Source: an uncultured Gammaproteobacteria bacterium | Lineage (GTDB): Bacteria > Patescibacteriota > Microgenomatia > Levybacterales > GWA1-39-11 | Direction: 5' to 3' | Assembly (NCBI GenBank): GCA_964452165.1 | Contig: CAYVKP010000001.1 | Location: 1,715 to 65,714 of the forward strand | Length of the DNA: 64,000 nt | Part shown: positions 36,259 to 44,166 of the stretch, piece after piece | How the letters are laid out: every line of letters begins with the position of its first letter | Numbering within the stretch: position 1 is the first letter of the stretch | The notes under the pieces: model-generated | Database searches by the model: none | Told to the model about the DNA's origin: nothing | What the model saw: only the letters and a program-made list of their open reading frames with translations | Position numbers and translations under genes: made by a program

Positions 36259-36271
36259 TTATTTTGTTTGA

Positions 36272-37060
36272 TTATAGTTCAGCTTTATATACTCTATCAA
36301 GCCTGTATCCCAAAAGCCTTTGTGACACTACACGAAACTTTTGAGAATCTGCCGTTGTGTAATACAAATCATGAAGTTTTTTTGCTGAAGCCATGTCTTC
36401 TTGGGCAAGTATTTGTTTTACTCTTCTTGCTACGGCTCCTCCCGAATCATAAATAGTGACTTTTTTACCTACAATTTTTTTAATCTCCTCTGTCAAAAAT
36501 GGATAGTGAGTACAGCCCAATGCGATTGAATCGACTTTTTTTGCAAGAAGCGGTAAAAGTGATCTTTTAATTGCTGCCTCAATCTCAGACCCATCAATTA
36601 TCCCTTTTTCGACTAGATGTTCGAGCTTGCTCGTACCGATTGTATAAACTGTGATTTCTGAGGCGAATTTTTTTATTAAGTCTTTAAGATAGCGGCTTCT
36701 TGCAGTTGCGGGAGTTGAAAATACCGCAGTCTTTCGAGTCTTCGTTTTTTTGGCCAAAGTTTTAACGACAGGAACAACTGCAATTATAGGTACGTCGAAT
36801 TCTTGGCGTAAATAATCAATCGCATTAACGCTTACAGTATTACACGCAACAACAATTAACTTAACGTCTTTTTTGAGCAAAAAAGCAACAACTTTTGAAG
36901 AAAGAGATTTTATTTTGGCAACAGTTCTGCCTCCGTAAGGATTATTCTTTTGATCTGCTAAATAGATGAATGACTCACGAGGCAAAAGCTTCTTTATTTC
37001 GGTAAGAATGGTCAAGCCCCCAACACCCGAATCAAAAATTCCGATTGGTCTATTATCCAT
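36272..37060 (-). CDS. murI: glutamate racemase
   Basis: IGIFDSGVGGLT and VACNT active-site Cys motifs. 262 aa. Confidence 0.85.
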   Translation of the reverse strand: MDNRPIGIFDSGVGGLTILTEIKKLLPRESFIYLADQKNNPYGGRTVAKIKSLSSKVVAFLLKKDVKLIVVACNTVSVNAIDYLRQEFDVPIIAVVPVVKTLAKKTKTRKTAVFSTPATARSRYLKDLIKKFASEITVYTIGTSKLEHLVEKGIIDGSEIEAAIKRSLLPLLAKKVDSIALGCTHYPFLTEEIKKIVGKKVTIYDSGGAVARRVKQILAQEDMASAKKLHDLYYTTADSQKFRVVSQRLLGYRLDRVYKAEL

Positions 37061-37128
37061 AAACGAACATTAATTATAATCAAACTTTAATTCAAAACAA
37101 GAGCGATTTGTGCTAAAATTAGGCTCTT

Positions 37129-37201
37129 GCCAGGGTAGCTCAGTGGTAGAGCACAAGATTCATATCCTTGCGGTCGTGGGTTCGAACCCCACCCCTGGTA
37201 C
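37129..37201 (+). tRNA. tRNA-Met/Ile2 (anticodon CAT)
   Basis: GCCAGGGTAGCTCAGTGGTAGAGCACAAGATTCATATCCTTGCGGTCGTGGGTTCGAACCCCACCCCTGGTA. Anticodon loop TTCATAT. Standard D and T arms. Confidence 0.8.
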
Positions 37202-37258
37202 ATTTTCCGGCAAACTTGACAATAACAAGATTTTTAGCCTAAACTTATAGCAAGCAGT

Positions 37259-37642
37259 ATGGAAACTTTTTTAAGTGGGATCGCAAGCTTCGTGATTTTC
37301 CACCTCACGACCCGCCCCAAGGGGAAAATTAATCAAAAATATCCACGGGTTAAATTTAAAAGGATACAGCTTTTCCCAAGCTTTAATTTTGAGGCTAAAA
37401 ATAAGATTGTTCATGTTCACCACTGGATGTGGTTGACTCCGCTTTACGTTATTGCTCAAACTATTGGCCGGGGTTTTGCTATTTTTCAGTCTGATATTGT
37501 GCACGGTCTACTTCTTGGGGGAATATTACAAGGATTAATGTTTGAGGATAGTTTTAAATTCATTCATCACAATAAAGACTACCAGAAAAAAATAAAATCT
37601 ACTTCTTACCACAGGTTTGGCTTCCTAAAGAGAATCTTCTAA
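37259..37642 (+). CDS. hypothetical protein (127 aa)
   Basis: ORF between two tRNA genes with no domain. May be spurious. Confidence 0.25.
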   Translation: METFLSGIASFVIFHLTTRPKGKINQKYPRVKFKRIQLFPSFNFEAKNKIVHVHHWMWLTPLYVIAQTIGRGFAIFQSDIVHGLLLGGILQGLMFEDSFKFIHHNKDYQKKIKSTSYHRFGFLKRIF

Positions 37643-37712
37643 TTTATCTTTTGAATCTGCGCCAGTTTTGAGTTTACGAAAACTTGGCACCGAGATCACC
37701 GAGTGATCGAGG

Positions 37713-37796
37713 CGGAGGAGGCGAGATTCGAACTCGCGTAAGCTTGCGCTTGCATCCTTTCCAAGGATGTGGAATGGACCACTATCCGACTCCTCC
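37713..37796 (-). tRNA. tRNA-Ser (anticodon GGA)
   Basis: Reverse complement GGAGGAGTCGGATAGTGGTCCATTCCACATCCTTGGAAAGGATGCAAGCGCAAGCTTACGCGAGTTCGAATCTCGCCTCCTCCG with a long variable arm and anticodon loop TTGGAAA. Confidence 0.8.
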
Positions 37797-37802
37797 AGCT
37801 GT

Positions 37803-38309
37803 CTATTTTATCATTAATTCTAGATAACTAAATGTTTCTCCGCTGTTGCCATAGTTTTCTATCTCTCTCATCTTCTTTGCTCCATATCTTCTCTCAAGAA
37901 CCTTACTTAAACCGTCGATTTGCCTCGTATGCATTGTAATTTTTTGATAGCCTTGCTCCTTGGCTTGGGCCATAAAACTATTACACATTCCCCGAACGTC
38001 TCTAGGTTTACCGCCAACTACCGCAAAAGACCAAATATATAATGCTCCTTCTTCCAAAACCAGCCCTGGGTCTGAAGGACCGGATTTTAAACTTGTTAAT
38101 GGAAATCCCGATATGTAGCCGGCTTTCTCCCCGCCGACCTCAAGGTACTCAGTAATACAACCGGGTCGTCTAAGAAAATATTCAATTCCTACGGTTGGCA
38201 TATGTTGCTCTCTTGGATATGCTAGTTCATCAATTTTCCGTAGTTCTTTTGCTACTTTATGAATTTTTATATCTGAACCTATAGCATTCCAGGCCTCTTT
38301 AAAAATCAT
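37803..38309 (-). CDS. hypothetical protein (168 aa), possibly acyltransferase-like
   Basis: ORF with a weak GNAT-like motif. The assignment is tentative. Confidence 0.3.
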   Translation of the reverse strand: MIFKEAWNAIGSDIKIHKVAKELRKIDELAYPREQHMPTVGIEYFLRRPGCITEYLEVGGEKAGYISGFPLTSLKSGPSDPGLVLEEGALYIWSFAVVGGKPRDVRGMCNSFMAQAKEQGYQKITMHTRQIDGLSKVLERRYGAKKMREIENYGNSGETFSYLELMIK

Positions 38310-38332
38310 AAAGGAGAATTATAATTCACTGA

Positions 38333-38773
38333 CTAGGAATTCGCCAGTTCTCTAATTTGGGGAAGTGCTTCTTCAAAAGCCTGTTTATCGCTTTTATAAC
38401 TTAAACGATTCAAGATTTCGTTTTCAGGCAACCATTCAACTGCAGCCATCTCGTGATCGTGTTTTGTTATGTCTCCTCCCGCATATTTCATGATGAAGTA
38501 ATAAACGGTTTTCTTGCGTTTCTCCCCTTCCCAAACATACCAATAAGTAACGGGTGTTATTTGTTTTAAGATTTCGCCCTTGGCTCCAGTCTCCTCCTCT
38601 ACCTCACGGACCGCAGTCTCCTCTTTTTTTTCGTTTTTATTATCTTCCCTATCGCCAATTAAACCTTTTGGGAAAACCCAACCAAGATGTTGGGAGTGTT
38701 GTGAAACCAAAATTTCGATTATCAAACCGCTCTTTTTAAAAACTATTCCTCCAGCTGAAAATTCAAATTTCAT
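38333..38773 (-). CDS. NUDIX hydrolase
   Basis: Nudix box GDREDNKNEKKEETAVREVEEETG. Confidence 0.75.
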   Translation of the reverse strand: MKFEFSAGGIVFKKSGLIIEILVSQHSQHLGWVFPKGLIGDREDNKNEKKEETAVREVEEETGAKGEILKQITPVTYWYVWEGEKRKKTVYYFIMKYAGGDITKHDHEMAAVEWLPENEILNRLSYKSDKQAFEEALPQIRELANS

Positions 38774-39344
38774 ATGTTCTTATATTAATAAAGTCTAAGC
38801 CTGCCTTTTGGGCAGCAGTTTCGTCATTCTTACTATCTCCGATGAAGAGATAGTCTTCTTTGGGTGTTTTTCTATCCCAAATTTTGTAAAATCCTTCGTC
38901 CTCCGGTTTTAGCTGCTCGACACTCTCGCAAGATACAATTTTATCAAATTTATCCAAAATTCCAGCTTTTTCAAGCGCATATCGAGCAATGTTTTGGGAA
39001 TTACTCGTCCATATGTAAAGTTTAAACCCGTGAACTTTTTTAATAAATTCTATTAGCTTCTCGTTGTTAATAATTTCCTTAAGAAGATCTTTTTCCCAAT
39101 TGTGATTGTGACTATCGAGAAGTTTTTTATAACCCATTCGAGCATATTTATTTTGCATCTCGTTAAGACTTAGTTTCCGTGACTTATAGTCCGCGAGAAC
39201 ACTGGGATCGATTTTCTCGAGCTCTTTTTGAATTCTCTTTTCCCACTCTTTCCAAGGAAGCACAAGTTCAAGAATTGTTTCATCTAGATCAAAAATCAGA
39301 TGAGTCTTATCATTCTCAATGATATATTTTTGTAAATTACTCAT
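38763..39344 (-). CDS. HAD-superfamily hydrolase
   Basis: Motif I LIFDLDETILE near the N-terminus. A GDSKND motif IV-like sequence near the C-terminus. Confidence 0.65.
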   Translation of the reverse strand: MSNLQKYIIENDKTHLIFDLDETILELVLPWKEWEKRIQKELEKIDPSVLADYKSRKLSLNEMQNKYARMGYKKLLDSHNHNWEKDLLKEIINNEKLIEFIKKVHGFKLYIWTSNSQNIARYALEKAGILDKFDKIVSCESVEQLKPEDEGFYKIWDRKTPKEDYLFIGDSKNDETAAQKAGLDFINIRTYEI

Positions 39345-39351
39345 TTAATTG

Positions 39352-39423
39352 CGCTCCCGGCGGGAATCGAACCCACATTAGAGGATCCGGAATCCCCCGT
39401 TCTATCCGTTGAACTACGGGAGC
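39352..39423 (-). tRNA. tRNA-Arg (anticodon CCG)
   Basis: Reverse complement GCTCCCGTAGTTCAACGGATAGAACGGGGGATTCCGGATCCTCTAATGTGGGTTCGATTCCCGCCGGGAGCG. Anticodon loop TTCCGGA. Confidence 0.8.
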
Positions 39424-39451
39424 AAATGCGTCCGCGCCGAACAAAGTGAGG

Positions 39452-39536
39452 CGGAGGGTACAGGATTCGAACCTGTGAATCCCTTACAGGATCGAGTTTT
39501 CGAAACTCGTGCAATTGACCGCTATGCGAACCCTCC
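39452..39536 (-). tRNA. tRNA-Ser (anticodon CGA)
   Basis: Reverse complement GGAGGGTTCGCATAGCGGTCAATTGCACGAGTTTCGAAAACTCGATCCTGTAAGGGATTCACAGGTTCGAATCCTGTACCCTCCG with a long variable arm and anticodon loop TTCGAAA. Confidence 0.8.
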
Positions 39537-39621
39537 AAGTTTCTCCCCAAAATATAAAATTTTTGGGGACCCCGGTTTTGTTTTGAGGCCTCCATTGCTT
39601 TCGCAATGGAGAGAAAATCTG

Positions 39622-39694
39622 CGTACCCGAGAGGAATCGAACCTCCAACCGCCTGGACCGCAACCAGGTGTTCTATCCATTGAACTACGGGTAC
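39622..39694 (-). tRNA. tRNA-Arg (anticodon GCG)
   Basis: Reverse complement GTACCCGTAGTTCAATGGATAGAACACCTGGTTGCGGTCCAGGCGGTTGGAGGTTCGATTCCTCTCGGGTACG. Anticodon loop TTGCGGT. Confidence 0.75.
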
Positions 39695-39773
39695 AAAACT
39701 CTTTCCCAAAATCAAAGATTCTGGGGGCCCTGAGAGTGTATTTTAGATTATTTGAAGCTCTGAAGCAAACAAC

Positions 39774-40310
39774 TTAAGTCTTCTCGAGGGGAAAATTGTG
39801 AGAAAGCCAGTCGGCACTTTTCTCCATAAATGTGGGGTGAACGTATTCTCTATATGGAAGGTAGGGGACCAAAGTCTTGCGAATATGGTCGCGAGAAAGA
39901 TTACCAAGTGATATTTTAAGCTCACCCGGTAAAAGCGCCTGCGTACGAAGTGTCAATATATCTACTCCGTCCATTCTTTTAAAGTAAAAGTCGTACAATT
40001 CAGACCAGATATAAAAATAGTCCTCTACTTTTACTCCTTCCGTCGTGATTTTATAGTGAAAATCGTGTGGCGGGACAATTGATAGGGCAACCGATAAAAA
40101 GGCGAGCGCCAAAATGACAATCATAAGCTCATACTGACTGAAGAGAAAAAGAACGATCTCAAAAAGTAGCAACAATAATGTAACAGACATGAAGAATTGT
40201 TTGCCTTTTTTTCTAAATGGGCGTCCCGGAGCAGTCCAGGAAAGGAGAGTTCTTACATCGAATTCATGATCATGAGCACCTTCATGATGCTCGTGGACAG
40301 GCTGATCCAT
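39774..40310 (-). CDS. hypothetical membrane protein with His-rich N-terminus
   Basis: 178 aa. N-terminal HEHHEGAHDHE followed by two TM helices. Confidence 0.45.
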   Translation of the reverse strand: MDQPVHEHHEGAHDHEFDVRTLLSWTAPGRPFRKKGKQFFMSVTLLLLLFEIVLFLFSQYELMIVILALAFLSVALSIVPPHDFHYKITTEGVKVEDYFYIWSELYDFYFKRMDGVDILTLRTQALLPGELKISLGNLSRDHIRKTLVPYLPYREYVHPTFMEKSADWLSHNFPLEKT

Positions 40311-40361
40311 ATACTTCTAATAATGCATTAACTCGCGCGAAAAATCAATCTTTAAGTGGGA

Positions 40362-41228
40362 TTAAAGCTCAAGAAGAGAGGTTGATTCACCGTTTTTAAC
40401 TTCCTTAAGATACTGAAGGTAGCGCTCGGTTGAAGAAAGTCTTTTGTGGCCTAGAATCTTTGATAAAAATACGATAGATATACCGTTCTTGAGGTGGTGA
40501 GCAACAAAAGTGTGGCGGAGATCATTTATCTTAGCGTTTTCAATTCCGGCTTTCCTGAAATATCGCTCTATGGCATCGCGAATATTACGTACCAGGAAAG
40601 GTTTACCGGTTTTTGTGACAAAAAGGTGGTCGTCTGGGGTCTGAGGTCTTGCGTCCATATATCGCCTTAAAGCTTCCTTTGCACGCTTATTTAGAGGAAC
40701 TTCTCGTGCGGCGTGTCCTTCATAAGTCCTTATTGCCAAAACCCCATCTTTTGCATCTTCAGAGCGTATGTTTGCAAGCTCCCCGATTCTTACACCTGTT
40801 TGAAGTAAAATTTCAACTATTGCAAAGATCCTTGGATCAGACGAGGCAGAATCACGAAGCGCTCTATATTCAAGAGGGGACAAAACCCTTGGGGGATTCA
40901 ACTCATACTTTGGGTGCTTCACCAGAAGTGAGGGGTCATCAGTGATAAATTCACTTACTTTGAGAAACCTATAGAATGTGCGCGTCGAGTTGAGTTTTCT
41001 TGAGACTGATTTTGGGGTGTATCCTTTCGTCTGCATAGAAACCAAGAAGGCCTGAATGTCGTCTGAGTTGACCTCGTGAACATTTTCCTTCTTAAGCTCA
41101 GCGAGAAAGCCAATAAGCTGATCAATATCCTTGCCATAGGCAAGAATTGTGGCAGAGGCTTTATTTTTTGACTTCAGGAATTCCTGGAAGCGGTCTTTAG
41201 CGTCTTTAATTCTAATTGCAGTTGCCAT
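40362..41228 (-). CDS. xerC: tyrosine recombinase XerC/XerD family
   Basis: N-terminal SAM-like domain. C-terminal catalytic R...HxxR (LRHTFVAHHL) ... Y (STERYLQY). 288 aa. Confidence 0.8.
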   Translation of the reverse strand: MATAIRIKDAKDRFQEFLKSKNKASATILAYGKDIDQLIGFLAELKKENVHEVNSDDIQAFLVSMQTKGYTPKSVSRKLNSTRTFYRFLKVSEFITDDPSLLVKHPKYELNPPRVLSPLEYRALRDSASSDPRIFAIVEILLQTGVRIGELANIRSEDAKDGVLAIRTYEGHAAREVPLNKRAKEALRRYMDARPQTPDDHLFVTKTGKPFLVRNIRDAIERYFRKAGIENAKINDLRHTFVAHHLKNGISIVFLSKILGHKRLSSTERYLQYLKEVKNGESTSLLEL

Positions 41229-41267
41229 AAAATTTAATAAAGCCTATAATATCAAGAGGCTCAGAGA

Positions 41268-41621
41268 TTGTCAATCATGAATACGGCTCGAAAGATTCTT
41301 CCTTTTTTAATCATTTTAGTCCTACTCCTCATAATTAAAGGTAATATTTCGGCAATTTTAGGTTCGTTTCATAACGAAAACACAACAACAAATCTCAAGA
41401 AACAACTCTCTTTACAGAAAAAGCAAAATCAGTACTTGAAGGAAAGACTGTCTTACGTTAAAACTGATCAATTTGTGCGCGAAGAGGCACAGGACAAGCT
41501 TGGGCTGCTTAAGAATGGGGAATATTTTGTTATTGCACCAACTCCAGCGCCATTTGAAGGAAAGAGCGTATTTTTAGATTCCGACCCTAATTGGAAGAAG
41601 TGGCTAAAGCTGTTCTTCTAA
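41268..41621 (+). CDS. septum formation initiator family protein (FtsB/DivIC-like)
   Basis: N-terminal TM helix, then a coiled-coil (LKKQLSLQKKQNQYLKERLSYVKTDQFVREEAQDKLGL) matching the FtsB/DivIC pattern. Confidence 0.6.
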   Translation: MSIMNTARKILPFLIILVLLLIIKGNISAILGSFHNENTTTNLKKQLSLQKKQNQYLKERLSYVKTDQFVREEAQDKLGLLKNGEYFVIAPTPAPFEGKSVFLDSDPNWKKWLKLFF

Positions 41622-41626
41622 ATGAC

Positions 41627-42460
41627 CTAAGCTTTAACCGCAATTGGCTGAGATCGAGCTACAAATCTGGAAGATTCACGCCTGGGCCGCTTATTCATTC
41701 TTTCCCTTGATTGTCTTAAATACTGCTTTTCACTTCGAGTTTTTTCGCTTATAAAACCATGTAGGCTTTCTCTACCCTTATTCAAAGCTTCAGGACTTCT
41801 TAGAGCACCCCTTACGACAGCTCCCGGAATGTCCTTTGCAACTGAGGCAAGCACCACACCATCATCAACAAGTCCCACACCTTCGGCCAAATTATTCAAC
41901 CCTGCTTTAATAAAACCGGGCCCACCCACGTGATCAATACCAGAGGCTATTGCGTGAACTGCTTCAGGCGCCATTCCGCCTGCGACGGCGAGTGCGGCTG
42001 CAGAAGCAAGGCCTGTCAAGCGATTCTCATTTTTTAGACCCATTGATGCAAGACCTAATGCTCCTGAGGCTGTTGCTGCATCTATTACACCAGATCCACC
42101 CATTCCCAGCTTATCTAAAGCAAAAATTGCAACGCTTGTGGCCACCAAGCCAAAACCGGGTTCGCTTATTTTATGAGTGATAAATTTCATAGACTTATTG
42201 AACAGACTAAGGTTCTCGTTCGCGCTTTTTTCCAAATCCTGTAGATTGCTTAGATCAGGCGTTGACTTATCTATTTGACCGTTTGCAATCGCTGCAATTA
42301 CCTGGTCCGGGTTCGCGTTTGTTTTAGCTTCATTCGACTTCAGAAAGCTGAAAACTTTTTCTGCGGCCTTGTTTACAAACCCGACCTTTTTTTCCTGCTG
42401 GACTTGCGGTACAGCCTTTTCTTGTTGTGGAGGTCTAACTTCAGCTTTTATCGCATCCAT
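41627..42460 (-). CDS. hypothetical protein with Gly/Ala-rich C-terminal half
   Basis: 277-aa ORF with no recognised domain. Confidence 0.4.
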   Translation of the reverse strand: MDAIKAEVRPPQQEKAVPQVQQEKKVGFVNKAAEKVFSFLKSNEAKTNANPDQVIAAIANGQIDKSTPDLSNLQDLEKSANENLSLFNKSMKFITHKISEPGFGLVATSVAIFALDKLGMGGSGVIDAATASGALGLASMGLKNENRLTGLASAAALAVAGGMAPEAVHAIASGIDHVGGPGFIKAGLNNLAEGVGLVDDGVVLASVAKDIPGAVVRGALRSPEALNKGRESLHGFISEKTRSEKQYLRQSRERMNKRPRRESSRFVARSQPIAVKA

Positions 42461-42843
42461 TATGTGTTTGCCTTCTTCAAAATAGCATGTGCCTCTTCAA
42501 TTCTACCTGAATCTATAAGTTTTTGAGCATGCGCGGCAACAACCGTTCTTAAATGATCATCGTGCTCTTTCATTAAGGGAATAGTGGCATTCGAAAGCTC
42601 TATAAACTCATCATCGAGTGTTGTAACGACATCATATAGTTGTTCTAGTGTTAAGGGAGGATGAAGTTTTTCAAGAAGCATTTTGGCAATTTTCTGGGCT
42701 CGTTCAGCACTCATTTGTCCAACGGCAAGCTTGTTTTCCATTAACACAAGAATGTCACGTTCGAGCTGCTTTCTCTTTTCTTCCGAGTCCATTAGGTCAT
42801 TATTGTGGGATTTCCAGACGAAAGTCAAACGAAATGCGTGCAC
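42460..42843 (-). CDS. hypothetical protein (127 aa)
   Basis: ORF only. Start probably at an internal Met (MDSEEKRK...). Confidence 0.35.
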   Translation of the reverse strand: MHAFRLTFVWKSHNNDLMDSEEKRKQLERDILVLMENKLAVGQMSAERAQKIAKMLLEKLHPPLTLEQLYDVVTTLDDEFIELSNATIPLMKEHDDHLRTVVAAHAQKLIDSGRIEEAHAILKKANT

Positions 42844-42867
42844 TGAGGAACACTAGCGACGAATGTG

Positions 42868-42937
42868 TTGCGGAGCCAGGAATCGCACCTAGTCTAGGAG
42901 ATTATGAGCCTCCTGTGCAGCTTTACACTACCCCGCA
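42868..42937 (-). tRNA. tRNA (anticodon CAT), short D-loop, atypical T-loop
   Basis: Reverse complement TGCGGGGTAGTGTAAAGCTGCACAGGAGGCTCATAATCTCCTAGACTAGGTGCGATTCCTGGCTCCGCAA. Anticodon loop CTCATAA. It has a U1:A72 pair, a 6-nt D-loop, and T-loop TGCGATT rather than TTCGATT. Confidence 0.6.
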
Positions 42938-43041
42938 TGTGGCTTAATTATACCAGCTTCGAGCCTAAAACGAAAGAGCTTGGACTACCTAAAGCCGAAA
43001 AAAGTTGTTTTTGCTAAGTTTTTCTTGTAAAATCAACTCTC

Positions 43042-43782
43042 ATGGCACAAAGAGAACACCTAAAAGTTGAAAAACGCACAGTCCTTGGCAAGAAAATAAA
43101 GAAGCTTCGCCAGGAAGGATTATTGCCCGCAAACGTTTATGGCAAGGGGATGAAATCTGTGGCTCTTCAGGTTCCGCTTAAAGATTTTACACCGGTTTAC
43201 GAGGCTGCACATGAGACAGGACTCGTCGACCTTTCTTATGAATCTGAGACCGTACCCGTTCTTATACACAATGTTCAGATCAACCCCAGAACTCAAACCC
43301 CACTTCACGTTGACTTTTTCAAAGTTAATTTGAGTGAAAAAATTACAGCTAAAATTCCTGTTGTCTCGGTTGGTGAGCCTAAGGCGGTAACCGACAAGAT
43401 AGGACTTCTTGAGCAACCCGTTATGGAACTTGAGGTCGAAGCACTTCCAACCGACCTTCCTGAGAATGTTGAAGTTAATGTTGAAGGAATGGCAACCGTT
43501 GATGAGCAAATTCTCGTAAATGACTTGAAACTTCCATCAGGCGTAACAGTTCTTTCTGAACCGTCTCAGGTTGTATTTAAGATAGGAGAACTTGTTACTA
43601 AAGAAATGGAAGCACAAGCCGCAGCAGATGAAGCCGCGGCAGCAGAAGCATCCGCTACAACTGAGGCAGAAGGCGAGACACCTGCTGAAGGAGAGAAACC
43701 GGCCGAGGGTGAGGCAGCAGTAGAGGGCGAACAGAAAGAAGAAAGTAAAGAAGAAGCTCCGGCTGAGGCTCCAAAGGAATAA
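43042..43782 (+). CDS. rplY: 50S ribosomal protein L25/general stress protein Ctc with acidic C-terminal extension
   Basis: N-terminal LKVEKRTVLGKKIKKLRQEGLLPANVYGKG, matching the L25/Ctc family. C-terminal E/A-rich tail. Confidence 0.85.
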   Translation: MAQREHLKVEKRTVLGKKIKKLRQEGLLPANVYGKGMKSVALQVPLKDFTPVYEAAHETGLVDLSYESETVPVLIHNVQINPRTQTPLHVDFFKVNLSEKITAKIPVVSVGEPKAVTDKIGLLEQPVMELEVEALPTDLPENVEVNVEGMATVDEQILVNDLKLPSGVTVLSEPSQVVFKIGELVTKEMEAQAAADEAAAAEASATTEAEGETPAEGEKPAEGEAAVEGEQKEESKEEAPAEAPKE

Positions 43783-44148
43783 CTATCTCAGGATTTCACT
43801 TTCAAGTTTTTTCGCTTTATCAAATGATGGATCGAGACTTAAGGCATGGTTAAGTAAATCCACTGCATCTTCCCTTTTCCCAAGCTCAAGAGAATATAGA
43901 GCAGCGTTGTAGTAGGCATCGGGTGAATTTGGTTGCCTATGGATAACGTCTTGCCAATACGAAAGGCTATCTATCGCTCTACCCCTCTCCTCGCGTGTTT
44001 CTTGATAATTGAAGTACAGCAAGATAATAAAAAGTGCCAATATTGAGGCTGAAACTAGCAGAAAAAGAGTCACAAGACGGATCAGGTGAGAAGTGACCTT
44101 CGGTAATCGTTCGGTAATTCTGCGGTAATAATCAGACTTTTTTGCCAT
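43783..44148 (-). CDS. membrane-anchored tetratricopeptide-repeat protein
   Basis: TM helix followed by a TPR-like region (DAYYNAALYSLELGKREDAVDLLNHALSLDPSF). Confidence 0.55.
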   Translation of the reverse strand: MAKKSDYYRRITERLPKVTSHLIRLVTLFLLVSASILALFIILLYFNYQETREERGRAIDSLSYWQDVIHRQPNSPDAYYNAALYSLELGKREDAVDLLNHALSLDPSFDKAKKLESEILR

Positions 44149-44166
44149 AACCCATTTTATAATACC

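Noticed and set aside
40362-41228. Calling the tyrosine recombinase a phage integrase marking a prophage
   Set aside because: The SAM-like N-terminal domain and the absence of adjacent phage or mobile genes point to housekeeping XerC/D. The hot-spot context is retained only as a low-interest note.
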